In this document: positions 51,718 through 63,147 of the stretch, piece by piece | Layout: every line of letters starts with the position of its first letter | Numbering within the stretch: position 1 is the first letter of the stretch | Position numbers and translations under genes: made by a program | The notes under the pieces: model-generated | The model's database searches: none | What the model was told of the DNA's origin: nothing | What the model saw: only the letters and a program-made list of their open reading frames with translations | Assembly: GCA_051294905.1 (NCBI GenBank) | Contig: CM119371.1 | Location: forward strand, 27,778,001-27,842,000 | Direction: 5' to 3' | Length of the DNA: 64,000 nt | Origin: Botryllus schlosseri | Lineage: Eukaryota

Positions 51718-54700
51718 CCAAAATACTGGACGTGAAAAAGGGATCTTTGTGGGTCAATAACTAACCAGACATTTTTTCATAATTTTACTAACGACGAGCT
51801 GATAGGAGAGCATGAGTCACATCCTCATGACTATTATACTCAGGCAGTACCTTATCCAAACAGGGGCACAGTTGGGAAGGCGAAAGTGATCGATATATGA
51901 ATTAACATTACCTAAACGTGTAATGCTTCCTACCGTCGCTAATAGACACGTTAGATGTTTGCAAACTGTAAATTCAGATTTGATAATAAATCTAACATGG
52001 ACCACAGAAACCAATGGTGCGTGTTTAACTCATGTGAATCATATGCGACCACGGGAATAACTGCCATTCCTGTCATGGCGTTTTATGTGTCTTATTATTG
52101 TGGCCTCTCGCAGTTTTTTTTTTTAAATCATTACGGCATTCATCTGAGTAACATCTGGGTACAATTATCTTATGAAATGACCTTGGAATTTTGGTGATTA
52201 ATATTCACCATCTGCCCATTCAACGTCATGAGTTATGATGGCAATCAACAGTGTAGAATTTACAGGCATTCGAACAATGTATCAAATGTAGTGATGCGAT
52301 AATCACGGTAGTATAGTAAACCTCATAGGACGGGCGCGACTCTTCACTGAGCCGAGTAAATATAGTAAATTGTGGACATTCCGTTAGCGAGTACAGTATC
52401 GCGGACACAGTTCCTAAAATAAATAATGATTGAAGAAACATCATGAAGCCGCTCAATATATCAGTATTCTGACGACTCATAATTTTTTTTATACGCGTCA
52501 CTATCCGTATTCCAGTCCATTGTACGAAATCTCGACCATGTGACTCGTACGATACAGTCAATTCGCAAGGCGTCACGGACTTCTATTATTACCCACTGCA
52601 AATATTGGGACAGGACAAGATCTATTTGAAAAAAATATCCCATGATCATTTCACCCTAGCGAACAAAACATTTTGAGGTTGGGTGTGGACACGTTTATTT
52701 TTATGTGTTCGACGACATATTTCAGTCGGATACCTTACTATTCTGCATTAATTGGCCGGATCCCGTGGTTGCGGCACCGTTGGGTTCGGTGCATCGTTTC
52801 AGGAATGCCCGACGACAAACAATTGTCTTGTCTTCGCAGCACCAAATGTTGGTTTTCGCGCGTCGTTACTCATTACTTCCCATGTGAAGAATCTACATTA
52901 CTTCAGCCGCCAACTAAAACAGCTTTGTTATACTTGATGATGTTCCCGTATCTGCAGGAATGACATGTCCGTGTCCAATATCTAATCGCAATAAAGTCGC
53001 ATTTCCCAAATTATAAATATCACATGTATTAATCTGTACGCTTGACGCATTGCTTGCCGGTTATGGGTAACTGATACTCCACCATAAAGATCCACATTTA
53101 AATATATTATTCAGATCCAGCACATTCCATGATATATGGATTCATTCATTCAAAAATATCCACTCAGAAACGTGAGAATAGAACTCAAGATACAATAAGA
53201 GATCAGTATTGCTACATAGCTATTTCGTCAACTTGTGTAAGTTTCTTAATCCAACGCTGTTGCTGAAATGCTGGCATGCGCGATGCAACTTCATCCAGTA
53301 ATGTGACGAGGTAATCCTGATCCTGCTAAACTGAATCCATTACTATCAAGCCAGCACCAGCGCGAATTTGTATGTCTGTTGAAATTACGCATATGTTTAA
53401 ACTACAACCATGTAAGCTACAAATTGACTTCTTTTTCCTCATTGCCTCCTAGTTTGTAGTCAGAACAGGGGTCTCTGTACAATCAAACATTCACTGCATT
53501 CGTGCTTACGGAAACTACGCCCACTCGTTAGTGAATGCGTATACGTTATTACAATGCAATGCAACATATGAGCTTATTTCCTTCTTTGGATGAGTCTCTT
53601 GTTGGGGAAATGAGATTTACTGCTTTTGATCGATGTGGATGTGGGTTTACGAAATCCAAATAACTAGCTTCCACACAACGGAGCTGAATGAAGACTACTC
53701 TATCTTTACCATGTGCATGCGGATGAGTGTATCGGTGTGACGAGAGATAGGTGGTGTGGTTTAAGCGGAACATGTATACGATAAACGAATGTTGAGATCG
53801 GTGGCAGCTAGGCTGAACTGGAGCTAGCCGTGGAATAGGATTATGAGGTGAATGTTCGAGTTTATCATAGACGTGTCAACTCGTACACGTATCTTTTACA
53901 TATGCAATAAAAAGAGTTTTTATGTATTTTTATATCCGTCAAATGTGTTAATCTTCCACTCTGTCGAGAATACGTGAATTTAATGACCGAGTAGGAGCAA
54001 GAATTAGCCGCAGAATAGAGCTGAACATTGAAAAGAACTATGACATCGGGCACTAGGCCGAGGTGGAGGTTAAGAGGCCGCAACTGGTCTTTCGACATCC
54101 TCCTATCTGTTCATTACATCGCATTGTGTCTTATCGCATTGTATACAATGTGTATACATTGTGTGTGTTTTGCTCAGATAACACTATAATCTGACGATTA
54201 TCTCACCCCGCAGAGTCAATGGCATGGCCTAGTTGAGAGTAGGTTGAAATGCAAAATGCTCTGCGTACACCTGTCCTTACCCCTAAGATATATATGCGTA
54301 ATAATTGGGTTGTTTTTGCTCATTTTCGACCATTTGAATGCACGTATCAGAAGGTCACTTTTACCTGAGGTGCAACCTGTACGCTATGGTGGAAACCGGT
54401 GAAGCACCCTATTTTGTTTGCAGTGTATCAAGTCGTTCGCTAATGACCGGATGGGGACCAATCGTTTAATCATTTCCAATCGTTTGATCGTTTGATCGTC
54501 ACTTAGGCATGACAGCCCTTTTATGAATCGCTGCTAACGAACCCATTATTTGCAATCTCACCAATGAAATCGTGTTCTCGTACTCGCCTGCCTGCTGACG
54601 ACTAACCGTAAAGAATATTCACTATCCACACAATATGTAAAATATATTCAATCTCGATCACTACGCGAGAGAAGTCAAATGGCGTAAAAGTGTTTAAATT

Positions 54701-55391
54701 AAATAGTCAAGGTTGAGTTCGCGAATGGCGATGAAAACTTTTAGGTAACACTCCAGTGTCTAGAGCTAGACTGTGTGCGTTAGAAAATTCTATTTTTATT
54801 GGCACTACTCACCTTTGTACGTACACTTCATAAATAGGACGAAAAAGTTCCGGCTCTGCCATTCATCTATTCACGGGGTGCCGCATCAGCTCTCGAATTT
54901 TTCTGTTTCTGAATCGGTGCCTATCGGTAGCAGCTACAGAGAAAATAGAACAAAAGCATTTTATATTTAAAGGGTCAGTTCGCAGAAAAGTATGAACTCT
55001 ATTGCGGGATGGTTATGCGACGGAGAGACAAAAGATTTTGTAAAGAGAAAGCTACGTTTAGATATTCATTTCACCTACTCTGCGAGTGACACCGCCATAT
55101 CTGTTTCTGAATCAGCGCTTGTGTAGGTAGCAGTCATACGGGCGGCCACTTCTATGTTTGTTTACAATCTGTACAATGTACATCCATGTTAACGTACGTT
55201 AGAAAGAGGAACGGATAAGGGACATCGCATGACAGGATCACAGCACCGGGTAGTTTAACGCCGAATATGTAGACAGTTGATATTTTGGGTTAGCATTAAA
55301 GTTAGGTATCAGTGTAAGGTTAGGATGGCGATTGATTTCGTACAATTTAGGTCCCCGCTGCGAATATTACGGACGCCATTGTCTGTGAATT

Positions 55392-56165
55392 TTGTTTGAC
55401 GAATATGTATTGTTTTTCTGTGATGTTTGTGTCTTGATACAAGCCAATAACTATCACATCTTTGCTCCACGAGACAGCATGTCACTAGATTTATTAGAGC
55501 ATCACGCGTGGAACAGTATCCCGATGACCATCCGTCAGTCGACAAGCATGTCCCCATTCAAGTCGAAATACAAGCAATTTCGACTAAATGAATACTGGTC
55601 CGCCTCAAGAGTACCAGACCACGACCTGATTCATTGATCCCATCTTACGCGACATGCCGCCTCATTTTTGTCGCTCGTTATTTCTATACTATCGTCTTTT
55701 ACTTTTCATTCAGTGTACATGCCTCCTCTTCTCATTACCTAGACCAGTGCATGGTTCTCAACGTGGGCGATTTTCAGATACAAGGGGGTGAAAATACCAA
55801 AGGGGTGGTGGCGGGACAAAATGTTAGAACGTCCAGTGAGATATATTTAATTACCACGGTCACAAAATGCAAGTGAAGATGGCTTATTCTTCATATGACG
55901 TGAAAAAGGTCAACTCAATGGAAAGTAGACTCGGAAACCGGTTTTTCGAGCACCTGCCACCTCGGAAAAATGGGGGGGGGGTGAAAATTTTATTGATAAG
56001 AGGGTGATCAGTCAAAAAAGGGTGGGAACCACTGGCCAAGACCAAGGTGGGTGTCTGATTCCAAAGACTACTCAAAGTCCTTTCGAAACCTTCCTATCTT
56101 TTCCATTGTATCGCAATTATTGTGGTGTATTGATCTGATAAAAATAGCTAATAAAACCGAACTGA
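55392..56165 (+). mobile_element. CR1/L2-group LINE 3' end (ORF2 C-terminus + 3' UTR) interrupted by a hAT MITE at 55745-56034
   Basis: AWNSIPMTIRQSTSMSPFKSKYK resembles the WN.LP..IR..S...FK motif. The UTR matches 17660-17883. MITE TSD ACCTAGAC/GCCAAGAC. Confidence 0.75.
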
Positions 56166-56286
56166 ATGTCATCACGTCCGGAAAAAAGATCACCCTTGGC
56201 CTTGACTCACCCACTGAAGCTTCATTCACAACAGGCAAATGCCATGGATCCTGCCAGTGGCAAACATTTGTTTGATAATTCTGTTT

Positions 56287-56696
56287 GAGGAGCTTCTTGG
56301 AGGTACAGAACTTCAATATACAATTGAATAGTATATTCATATTGAAATGTATTTTAATCAAAGGCCATTAATTCTGCTATCAGCAAACATTTGTTAGATA
56401 TTCCGATTTGTGCGAATAATTGCCGAGACGACCGATCTCGAATTGTTGGGAAGGGCCGTTCACAACTCACAACCAACGAAAACTCTGTCAACAAATGGAG
56501 TTCGTATATCACCTAAAAATAGTACATTGAACGATCTCTCATTCGAAATTTCATGCTGGTGACGTCATATTTTGTGATACGATTGTTGATATACAATGTT
56601 CTTTCCAATTCTCTGCTAGTTGCTGACGATTACCCCTGACGAGTGTCAGCCGAAAATATTCGGGTTCATTTCAATATGAATATACTATTCAATTGT
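56287..56696 (+). mobile_element. Truncated Penelope-like insertion, second family, with inverted tail
   Basis: Inverted pLTR end at 56287-56349; AINSAISKHL...IVGKGRS and KLCQQMEFVYHLKIVH*; approximate TSD ATAATTCTGTTT/ATAATTATGTTT. An older pLTR copy follows at ~56790-56950. Confidence 0.85.
56622..56665 (+). ncRNA. Type I hammerhead ribozyme motif, canonical core, predicted pseudoknot
   Basis: GCTGACG..ACCC-CTGACGA-G-TGTCAGC-C-GAAA-ATAT-TC-GGGT. Confidence 0.82.
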
Positions 56697-57302
56697 ATAA
56701 TTATGTTTATCGACGCTAATAAAGTGCATGCCCATTGCCCACAGAAAGAGTTCTTACACCATTTAACATAGTAAATTGAGTTTTTTAGGCGATCTCTTCA
56801 CCTCGAATATTCGTAATTTAATGCCGGTGACGACATATATTGTGATGCCATTGTCGATATAGAATGCTCTTTTCAAGTCTCTACTATAGTTGTTGACGAT
56901 CACCCCTTACGAGTGGCAGCCGTAAATATTCGGTTTCATCTCAATATGAATGCAGTATACAATTCTAGATCAATATAACGCTATAAAAGATCTCCAAATT
57001 CCAATTCCCTCCGAAATTGAATTTTTACGAATATGCATTGTTTCGTCTCTAGTATTTGCGCCTCGATACAAGCGAATCACATCTTTTCTGGATTATTATA
57101 ACGCTATAACAGACTTCCAAATTCCTTCCGAAATTTCCTGGGAATTTTGTTTTACGAGTATACTTTGTTTTGCTCTAACGTTTGTGTACTGCATGGTGAC
57201 AGCGAATACCAGTGAAAATACCACACCTTATCTCTTCATTTCTAGATTAATATATGGCTATAAAATACTTCCAATGATATCTATGCAACACGGATTCGCG
57301 TC

Positions 57303-57823
57303 ATGGGGAGATTAAGAACAAGAAACGCAATTTTAGTAGTGATATTTACTCTGTCTACAACGTCTTTCTTCGTCCACTACACAGTTAACCAGGCAAGGTC
57401 ATCCAAAATACAAAGGAGTTTATTTTTGAAGGAACTAGCCGAACAGAATCTTACGACCGCCTTACCCCTGACGGGTGATACAACGAACACAACCGTGGGT
57501 TGCGACAAAATTACGAAGGCCGTGATTCAAAACACTGGCGACGCCGCTTTGTTGGGAAAGATGGATGTAGACTTTGAACTGTCGGAGCGGAATTATTGGG
57601 TCCACCTAGGCGAGGATTATCCCGTCAATGCGAGCTCGACGTTTTTGGGGAATTTCACGAGCGACTTCAACCTCACAACGGACAACGTCGCGGTTGTTCA
57701 CGGGCCGCGGAACAGCACTCGGGTGGAGCGCGTGGCTATTGTGATTCCTTTCCGAGATCGCGAGTCCCATTTGAGAATATTTCTGGGACACACGCTACCT
57801 GTTTTACGGCGACAGGGGAACAC
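57303..57823 (+). CDS. GT7 beta-1,4-galactosyltransferase-family protein, coding exon 1
   Basis: Type II membrane anchor, stem region and RVAIVIPFRDRESHL; donor AC|gtgagt. Confidence 0.92.
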
Positions 57824-58896
57824 GTGAGTTCCATGAAATATATGCATATCTGGATCAGTGTTTCTTGACAGGGGTTACCGGAAAAGGAACTGCATAAAAA
57901 TTACAAATACGGTATAAGCATATGCGCTGTCTAAACTTATTACTTTGAATTATTGTCGGAAAAATTCTTTGCTTCGTTTTGCCCTGATGAATCAATTCCT
58001 CATTCTGCAAATAATGACGGTAATGTCTAGACTCCTGGATCCACTGCCACTTCGCGTCCCAGAATTTGCTTGTTAACTACTTTAGATGGGTAGTTAATCC
58101 ATTTGGAAGCATCGAATCAAGCAATCTTGCTGTAGAGGGGGAACAGCTCATTGATTTACGGAACGAGCTCTGTTTAAAATGCCGTTTACACAAATTTTAG
58201 ATACGTTTTAGCTGTTTGCTTCGAAGCAATCAATATTATTTATCAATATGCATCTTCATTCCTATGCAAACTTTGCTCTATGAGATTAATAGCTTCAAAT
58301 ATGACAGACTGGCTGGATTTGACGACCAATGTGGATGCGTTTGAGAATACTACCTCATTTCAGTCATATATTTTCAATGTTGATATAACCAGCAAATCCA
58401 TCGCATTGATACGTGAAAATAAAGTGTCACGGTAACTTTTCATCTCGTGTCATCGTGCTGCGACCGTTATAGAATTATTTTAGAGTGCCCCGATCTCAAA
58501 TCATTTGGCAACCACTGTCTTATGTGTTGGAACACGAAGTCCTGCACATTTTACAAAACTACCAACCCCAGGATGCATTCTTCCTTCTAATTAGGGCTGT
58601 CGGCCTTGATTAGAGTATACTCGAATTCGAATCGAGAATTTGTAGTGAGCAATGAGATACTATTTTTCGACTACGGAACACGCCCCTTTTCCCTACGACT
58701 TATATTATGAGCGTAAATTATAGTTTTGATGTTTTGTTTTCTAACGCGGAATTCTTGAAACATGAATCGGTGGTGACGGAGCATCCTAAACATGTGGTGC
58801 AAAGTTACGCATGTTAGTGGAAATGCCGTTTTTGTAAAGCCGTGATCGACCCATGGTATTGTCCAATATCGTATGTACATTGTACAGTGACATAGG

Positions 58897-59453
58897 TATG
58901 GTTGCATTTAAAACAAAAATCAATTTAAAACAAATATGTTTAAAACATGGTCCGTGTTTAAAACATAATTTTGCCATGACGTCAAGAATCCTTAATTTTG
59001 ACGTCACCGTTGATTGACATTGACGATGGGAAATATAGGGTAAGTATGACTCCTTCGACGAAAAAAGCTCTCGACCAGTGTCATAAACAGACCAAAAATA
59101 TCTTTAACCGGGGCTATATCGTTATGCAGCATTTTTCGGTCGGCCGTACTTATCATTGGAACAGCCATTCCGTATCACTGATCTATATCTACGTGCTATA
59201 ACTGTTGAACCGACGACGATTTCGAGGATTATAGCCACCCCACATCGTATACGTCGACTTTATTTGTGCAAATCGTCCGTATAGGCTCATGCTGCATGTC
59301 TTTTCGAAAGTATTTACAGAATTACGGCATAATTATACGACGCTTGAAAAAAAAAGAGAATTTCTTTTTAATTTTAATTTAATGAAAAACACTCTTTAAA
59401 ACATGTTTTAAACAACGTGTAATAAAACACCATTTGTTTTAAATGCAACCCGA
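58897..59453. mobile_element. hAT-type MITE (GGTTGCATTTAAAAC TIR)
   Basis: TIRs present; TSD GACATAGG/GACGTAGG, the right copy duplicated again by the adjacent insertion. Confidence 0.72.
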
Positions 59454-59460
59454 GACGTAG

Positions 59461-60397
59461 CAGACTTGGACAACTAGAAAATTTTCAGCTTTTTTGAATT
59501 AGATTAGAATTAGAATTAGAGCTCCACAGTTTTTTTCAAACTAGATTAGAATTAGAATTAGAGCTGCACAGTTTTTCCAAATTAGATTAGAATTAGAATT
59601 AGAGCTACACAGCTTTTTCAAATTAGATTAGAATTAGAATTAGAGCTACTAAGCCTTTTCCAGATTAGATTAGAATTAGAATTAGAGTTATACTTAGTTC
59701 GCAAAAACTTGGAAATGGAATGAAATTGTATATGGGAAATGAATACAGCAAAATGCAGTTCACATCAAATCACAGTGCGTGGTGCAAAAGGCCGTGAGGC
59801 GATAGGCGCCACATATTTTTGTTTAATAAACAACAACAATAGTGCATTCCCATAAACATGAGAATGGTTAACTTCTGTACACCAAGCTTGGCTCGATTTT
59901 TACTATACTTTAATAAAATATTACTTCTTTTATGGTAACCATGGGCATCGCCCATGTTAGTCAGAATGGCAATGTACTAACGTAAAGTTTTAGAAACTAG
60001 AATGCTGTTCGCAGACTAGAAGCTACTCTAGCTGGCTATATTCGTCATAATATCTACTATGACTGCACGGTGTAAGTAATGCGATGGCGGCTTGGCACTG
60101 GATTTTCCTGCGCAAGCGGGATATTCTTTTTAACTCACTGCAATAGTGCAATATGCCTCGGACAAAGAGGCATTTTCAGGAAAACAATAATTAGATTAGA
60201 ACTAGAATTAGAGAATACGGACATTTCACAAATTAGGTTAGAATTAGAATTAGAGCATACGAACATTTCACAAATTAGATTGGAATTAGAATTAGAGCAT
60301 GGAAGCATTTCACAAATTAGATTAGAATTATATTACTGGCATTTCGCTCTAATTTAGTGAAATTAGACAACTAGAATTATCTAGTTGTCCAAGTCTG
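59461..60397. mobile_element. hAT-type MITE with (ATTAGA)n arrays
   Basis: CAGACTTGGACAACTAGA TIRs; perfect TSD AGACGTAG. Older relatives at ~3482-3855, 23520-23950 and 42210-42590. Confidence 0.92.
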
Positions 60398-60783
60398 AGA
60401 CGTAGGTATATACGAAAAATTTCAAATTATATTTATGTAGTGTAGAACTGGCGAGATAGCGTCTCATAAAAGGTAAATATTTCAAGAACCATCCACATCA
60501 TCTATTTGAACCATCATCATCATCCATACTCTCATACGTCATAAGCAGTGATACCATAATACTGGTATCGACTTGAAGCTTAATGATCGATTCGGGATCG
60601 AATGACCTATGTGCTCCAATTCACCCCGCCCTGCTTGGAATGCAGTAATTGGGACGAAATGTTGAATTGAAAATCGACTTGTCACCTACTTTGGAACTGC
60701 ACTTGCTCCTAGCGAATGATGTGTCGATTCCAAAAGAATAACTGACATGTTTCACTTTGATAATATTCAGTAATAATTTATAG

Positions 60784-60957
60784 GTTCGGCATCTTCGTCG
60801 TGGAGCAGATTGGAAATGATACCTTCAACAAGGGTCGCGTCATGAACTCGGGGTTCCGGTACGCACGTACCGTCGGAGAAAAACTTGACATGCCATTCGA
60901 CTGTTTCATATTCCAAGATGTTGATACGCTGATCGAAAATGATAACCTGCTTTACAG
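60784..60957 (+). CDS. GT7 glycosyltransferase, coding exon 2
   Basis: ttatag|G...AG|gtagag; FGIFVVEQ..FNKGRVMNSGF..DCFIFQDVD (DxD motif); phase compatible with exon 1. Confidence 0.92.
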
Positions 60958-60986
60958 GTAGAGCTACTTCAGTATAGACTGTATGT

Positions 60987-61279
60987 ATTGTATTGTATTG
61001 TATTGATAGGCACAAGACAGTGGGGCTTATCGCCTTTCTAGGCCTTGTGCCCCACGACATGAATTTCATAAAGTTCATGGGTCTTTGCTTTTATTGTCTT
61101 GTTGGAAACGTCTTTATCATTCTCTCTCGCAGCCATTTTCATTGCCTCTCACTCCCATGCGTCCCCATCGTGGTCTCTGCTGCCGACTTATAGCACGGCT
61201 CACTTTCAGTCTGGGCTTTTCAATGCACTACCGTAGTAGTGAGGTCGGCGATTAGGAGCCCAGAGAAACCTCCGACACG
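60987..61279 (-). mobile_element. 5'-truncated SINE, type 3, with (CAATA)n tail
   Basis: 13-bp TSD ATAGACTGTATGT (60974-60986, 61280-61292); 3' stem GGCACAAG...CTTGTGCC; central domain shared with types 1 and 2. Confidence 0.82.
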
Positions 61280-62151
61280 ATAGACTGTATGTGTGTTGCA
61301 TTTCAAAAGCGCAAACGCATAATCTGCTTTCTCCACCTACCTGGCATACATCAGACTTGGGTTAGTGTTAGCGTATAAGGTACAGTAATACACAGCTATG
61401 CGAAGTATGCCATACGGAACACGGTACAGCGTTATAATATAAATTGCAGCAAATAGCATCATCAAATAGAGTGCTTGCGACGCCATGAAGAGGCGACGAA
61501 TGTAATTACGTACATAGCCTTCTTACATATTCTTCACATATTACATACTTGAATGAGTTTGATCGGCACTATAGAAAACCTAATTATACTGTTCGCATAC
61601 ACGTTTGTACTTTGATATTTCACGACTTATTGTAAATGTCGGATAACAATAATCCATCCCGTTCCATAGCGCCGAAAGCCATTGGATGTGATAAGCATAT
61701 CTCTATCCTCTGTTGTATCTACGGAAATAATAATAATAATCACGCTGTTGGGCACTGTGCATATTCTTCGAAAGGCCTTGAATTCACCACTGGACTAAAA
61801 TTACAATTGTGAATCACAGCATAATTTCTGTAATTTTCATTCTTTATTTTCAATCATCTCTGCCTCTGCTCTGTAACCCTTGCCAATTCTTCATCTACTG
61901 CAATTCTGTAATCCGACCTCTTCATGTATTGCATAGGAATAACGATTTGACAATACTACTGAAATTTTAAAGTTTACTCCAATCTCGCCATTTTCCTTTG
62001 GGTGCCGGTTGCTCCCCGGATTATGTGTGTATTTACCAGTTTTACTATGAATAAATAATATATTAATACAACTTGGCAAACCCTTTGCTCCGTCAAGTTG
62101 GATTGGTTGTTGTAAGTTTGATTGATAATAACTTGAGGCTTATTGATGTAG

Positions 62152-62275
62152 GTGTTCGAAGGGAGATTTGATTGATCACTTGTCGACGTCAATCAGCAAG
62201 TTTGAGTACAACACAATGTGCTGCGGCATGACTGTTGGCGGTGTACTAGGAATGACGTCCGAACAATACGAAAAG
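62152..62275 (+). CDS. GT7 glycosyltransferase, coding exon 3; gene continues beyond
   Basis: tgtag|G...AAG|gtaggc; (R)CSKGDLIDHLSTSISKFEYNTMCCGMTVGGVLGMTSEQYEK. Confidence 0.85.
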
Positions 62276-62583
62276 GTAGGCCTTACCGGGTAACTGTTGT
62301 GAAAAGATTTATGGTTAGCGGTAGTTTTCTAGTTGGCATTATAGTTGGTTTTGGGATTATAAAGTCGTATGTACAAATGTAGCATGCGCAATTGCAGTTG
62401 ATCATTACGTCCCATGCACGTATCTACCTCATTTGATGAGGGATTTTTGACTGAATGAGAAATAAGCAAGCGGTTATTGAGAAGGAAATTACACACACCT
62501 CTATATGATGGTTAGTAGTTTGTGAAATAAATGTATCGGTGGTGGTATCAGCCTTTGATTGTAGTGTGGTGAATGGTTATTTG

Positions 62584-63147
62584 CAGGGTTGTAATGAATC
62601 GTGGCATGACTCGACTCGAGTCACGACTTTTTGGTGACTCGACTTGACTCGAGCCATTGTCTCAAATGCGTTAAAATGACTCGACTTGAGTGCATTTGTG
62701 TATTAACTCGCTTGTACTCAAGTCATTGTGTATGACTCAAACCAAGTCGTATGACTCGAGACTAGGACGGCCATTACAGACATTTCATTTTAACTTCGAA
62801 AATAGTAAGGGCACCACGGTATTGGTATTTCGTTCACCAGTCCTAATACTTTGAGAATAGGGCTGAGGGAAATTACGATATTACGAATGCGAACAATTCT
62901 ATATTACTCGAGCGGAGTTGAAAAAAATGTTTGAACCGGATTGAACTTGAAACTGAACAGTTTACACAATGACGTGTACTCGGACTCGAGTCAAAGCACT
63001 ATGACTCGGAGTTGACCCTATACTAGCTGACTTGGACTCGGAATTGACTCGGTGGTGAATTGAAAATGGCTCTACTTGACTCGAGTCAAAACTATAAAAG
63101 TGAGATTGACTTGTGACTTCGAACCTTGTGACTTGGTTACAATCCTG
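62584..63147. mobile_element. GACTC-repeat MITE
   Basis: CAGGGTTGTAA...TTACAATCCTG; homologous to 14706-15355. Confidence 0.8.

Noticed and set aside
12815..56042. Two MITE insertions at the homologous CTAG site of the SINE tail (12823) and the LINE tail (55745)
   Set aside because: Consistent with the general NNCTAGNN/central-TA target preference seen in other TSDs here.
59500..60380. Regularly spaced ATTAGA arrays and ELELE ORFs (also 6016-6381, 51380-51500) resembling CRISPR or coding repeats
   Set aside because: They lie inside MITE-like elements, the spacers are mutually similar, and there are no cas genes.
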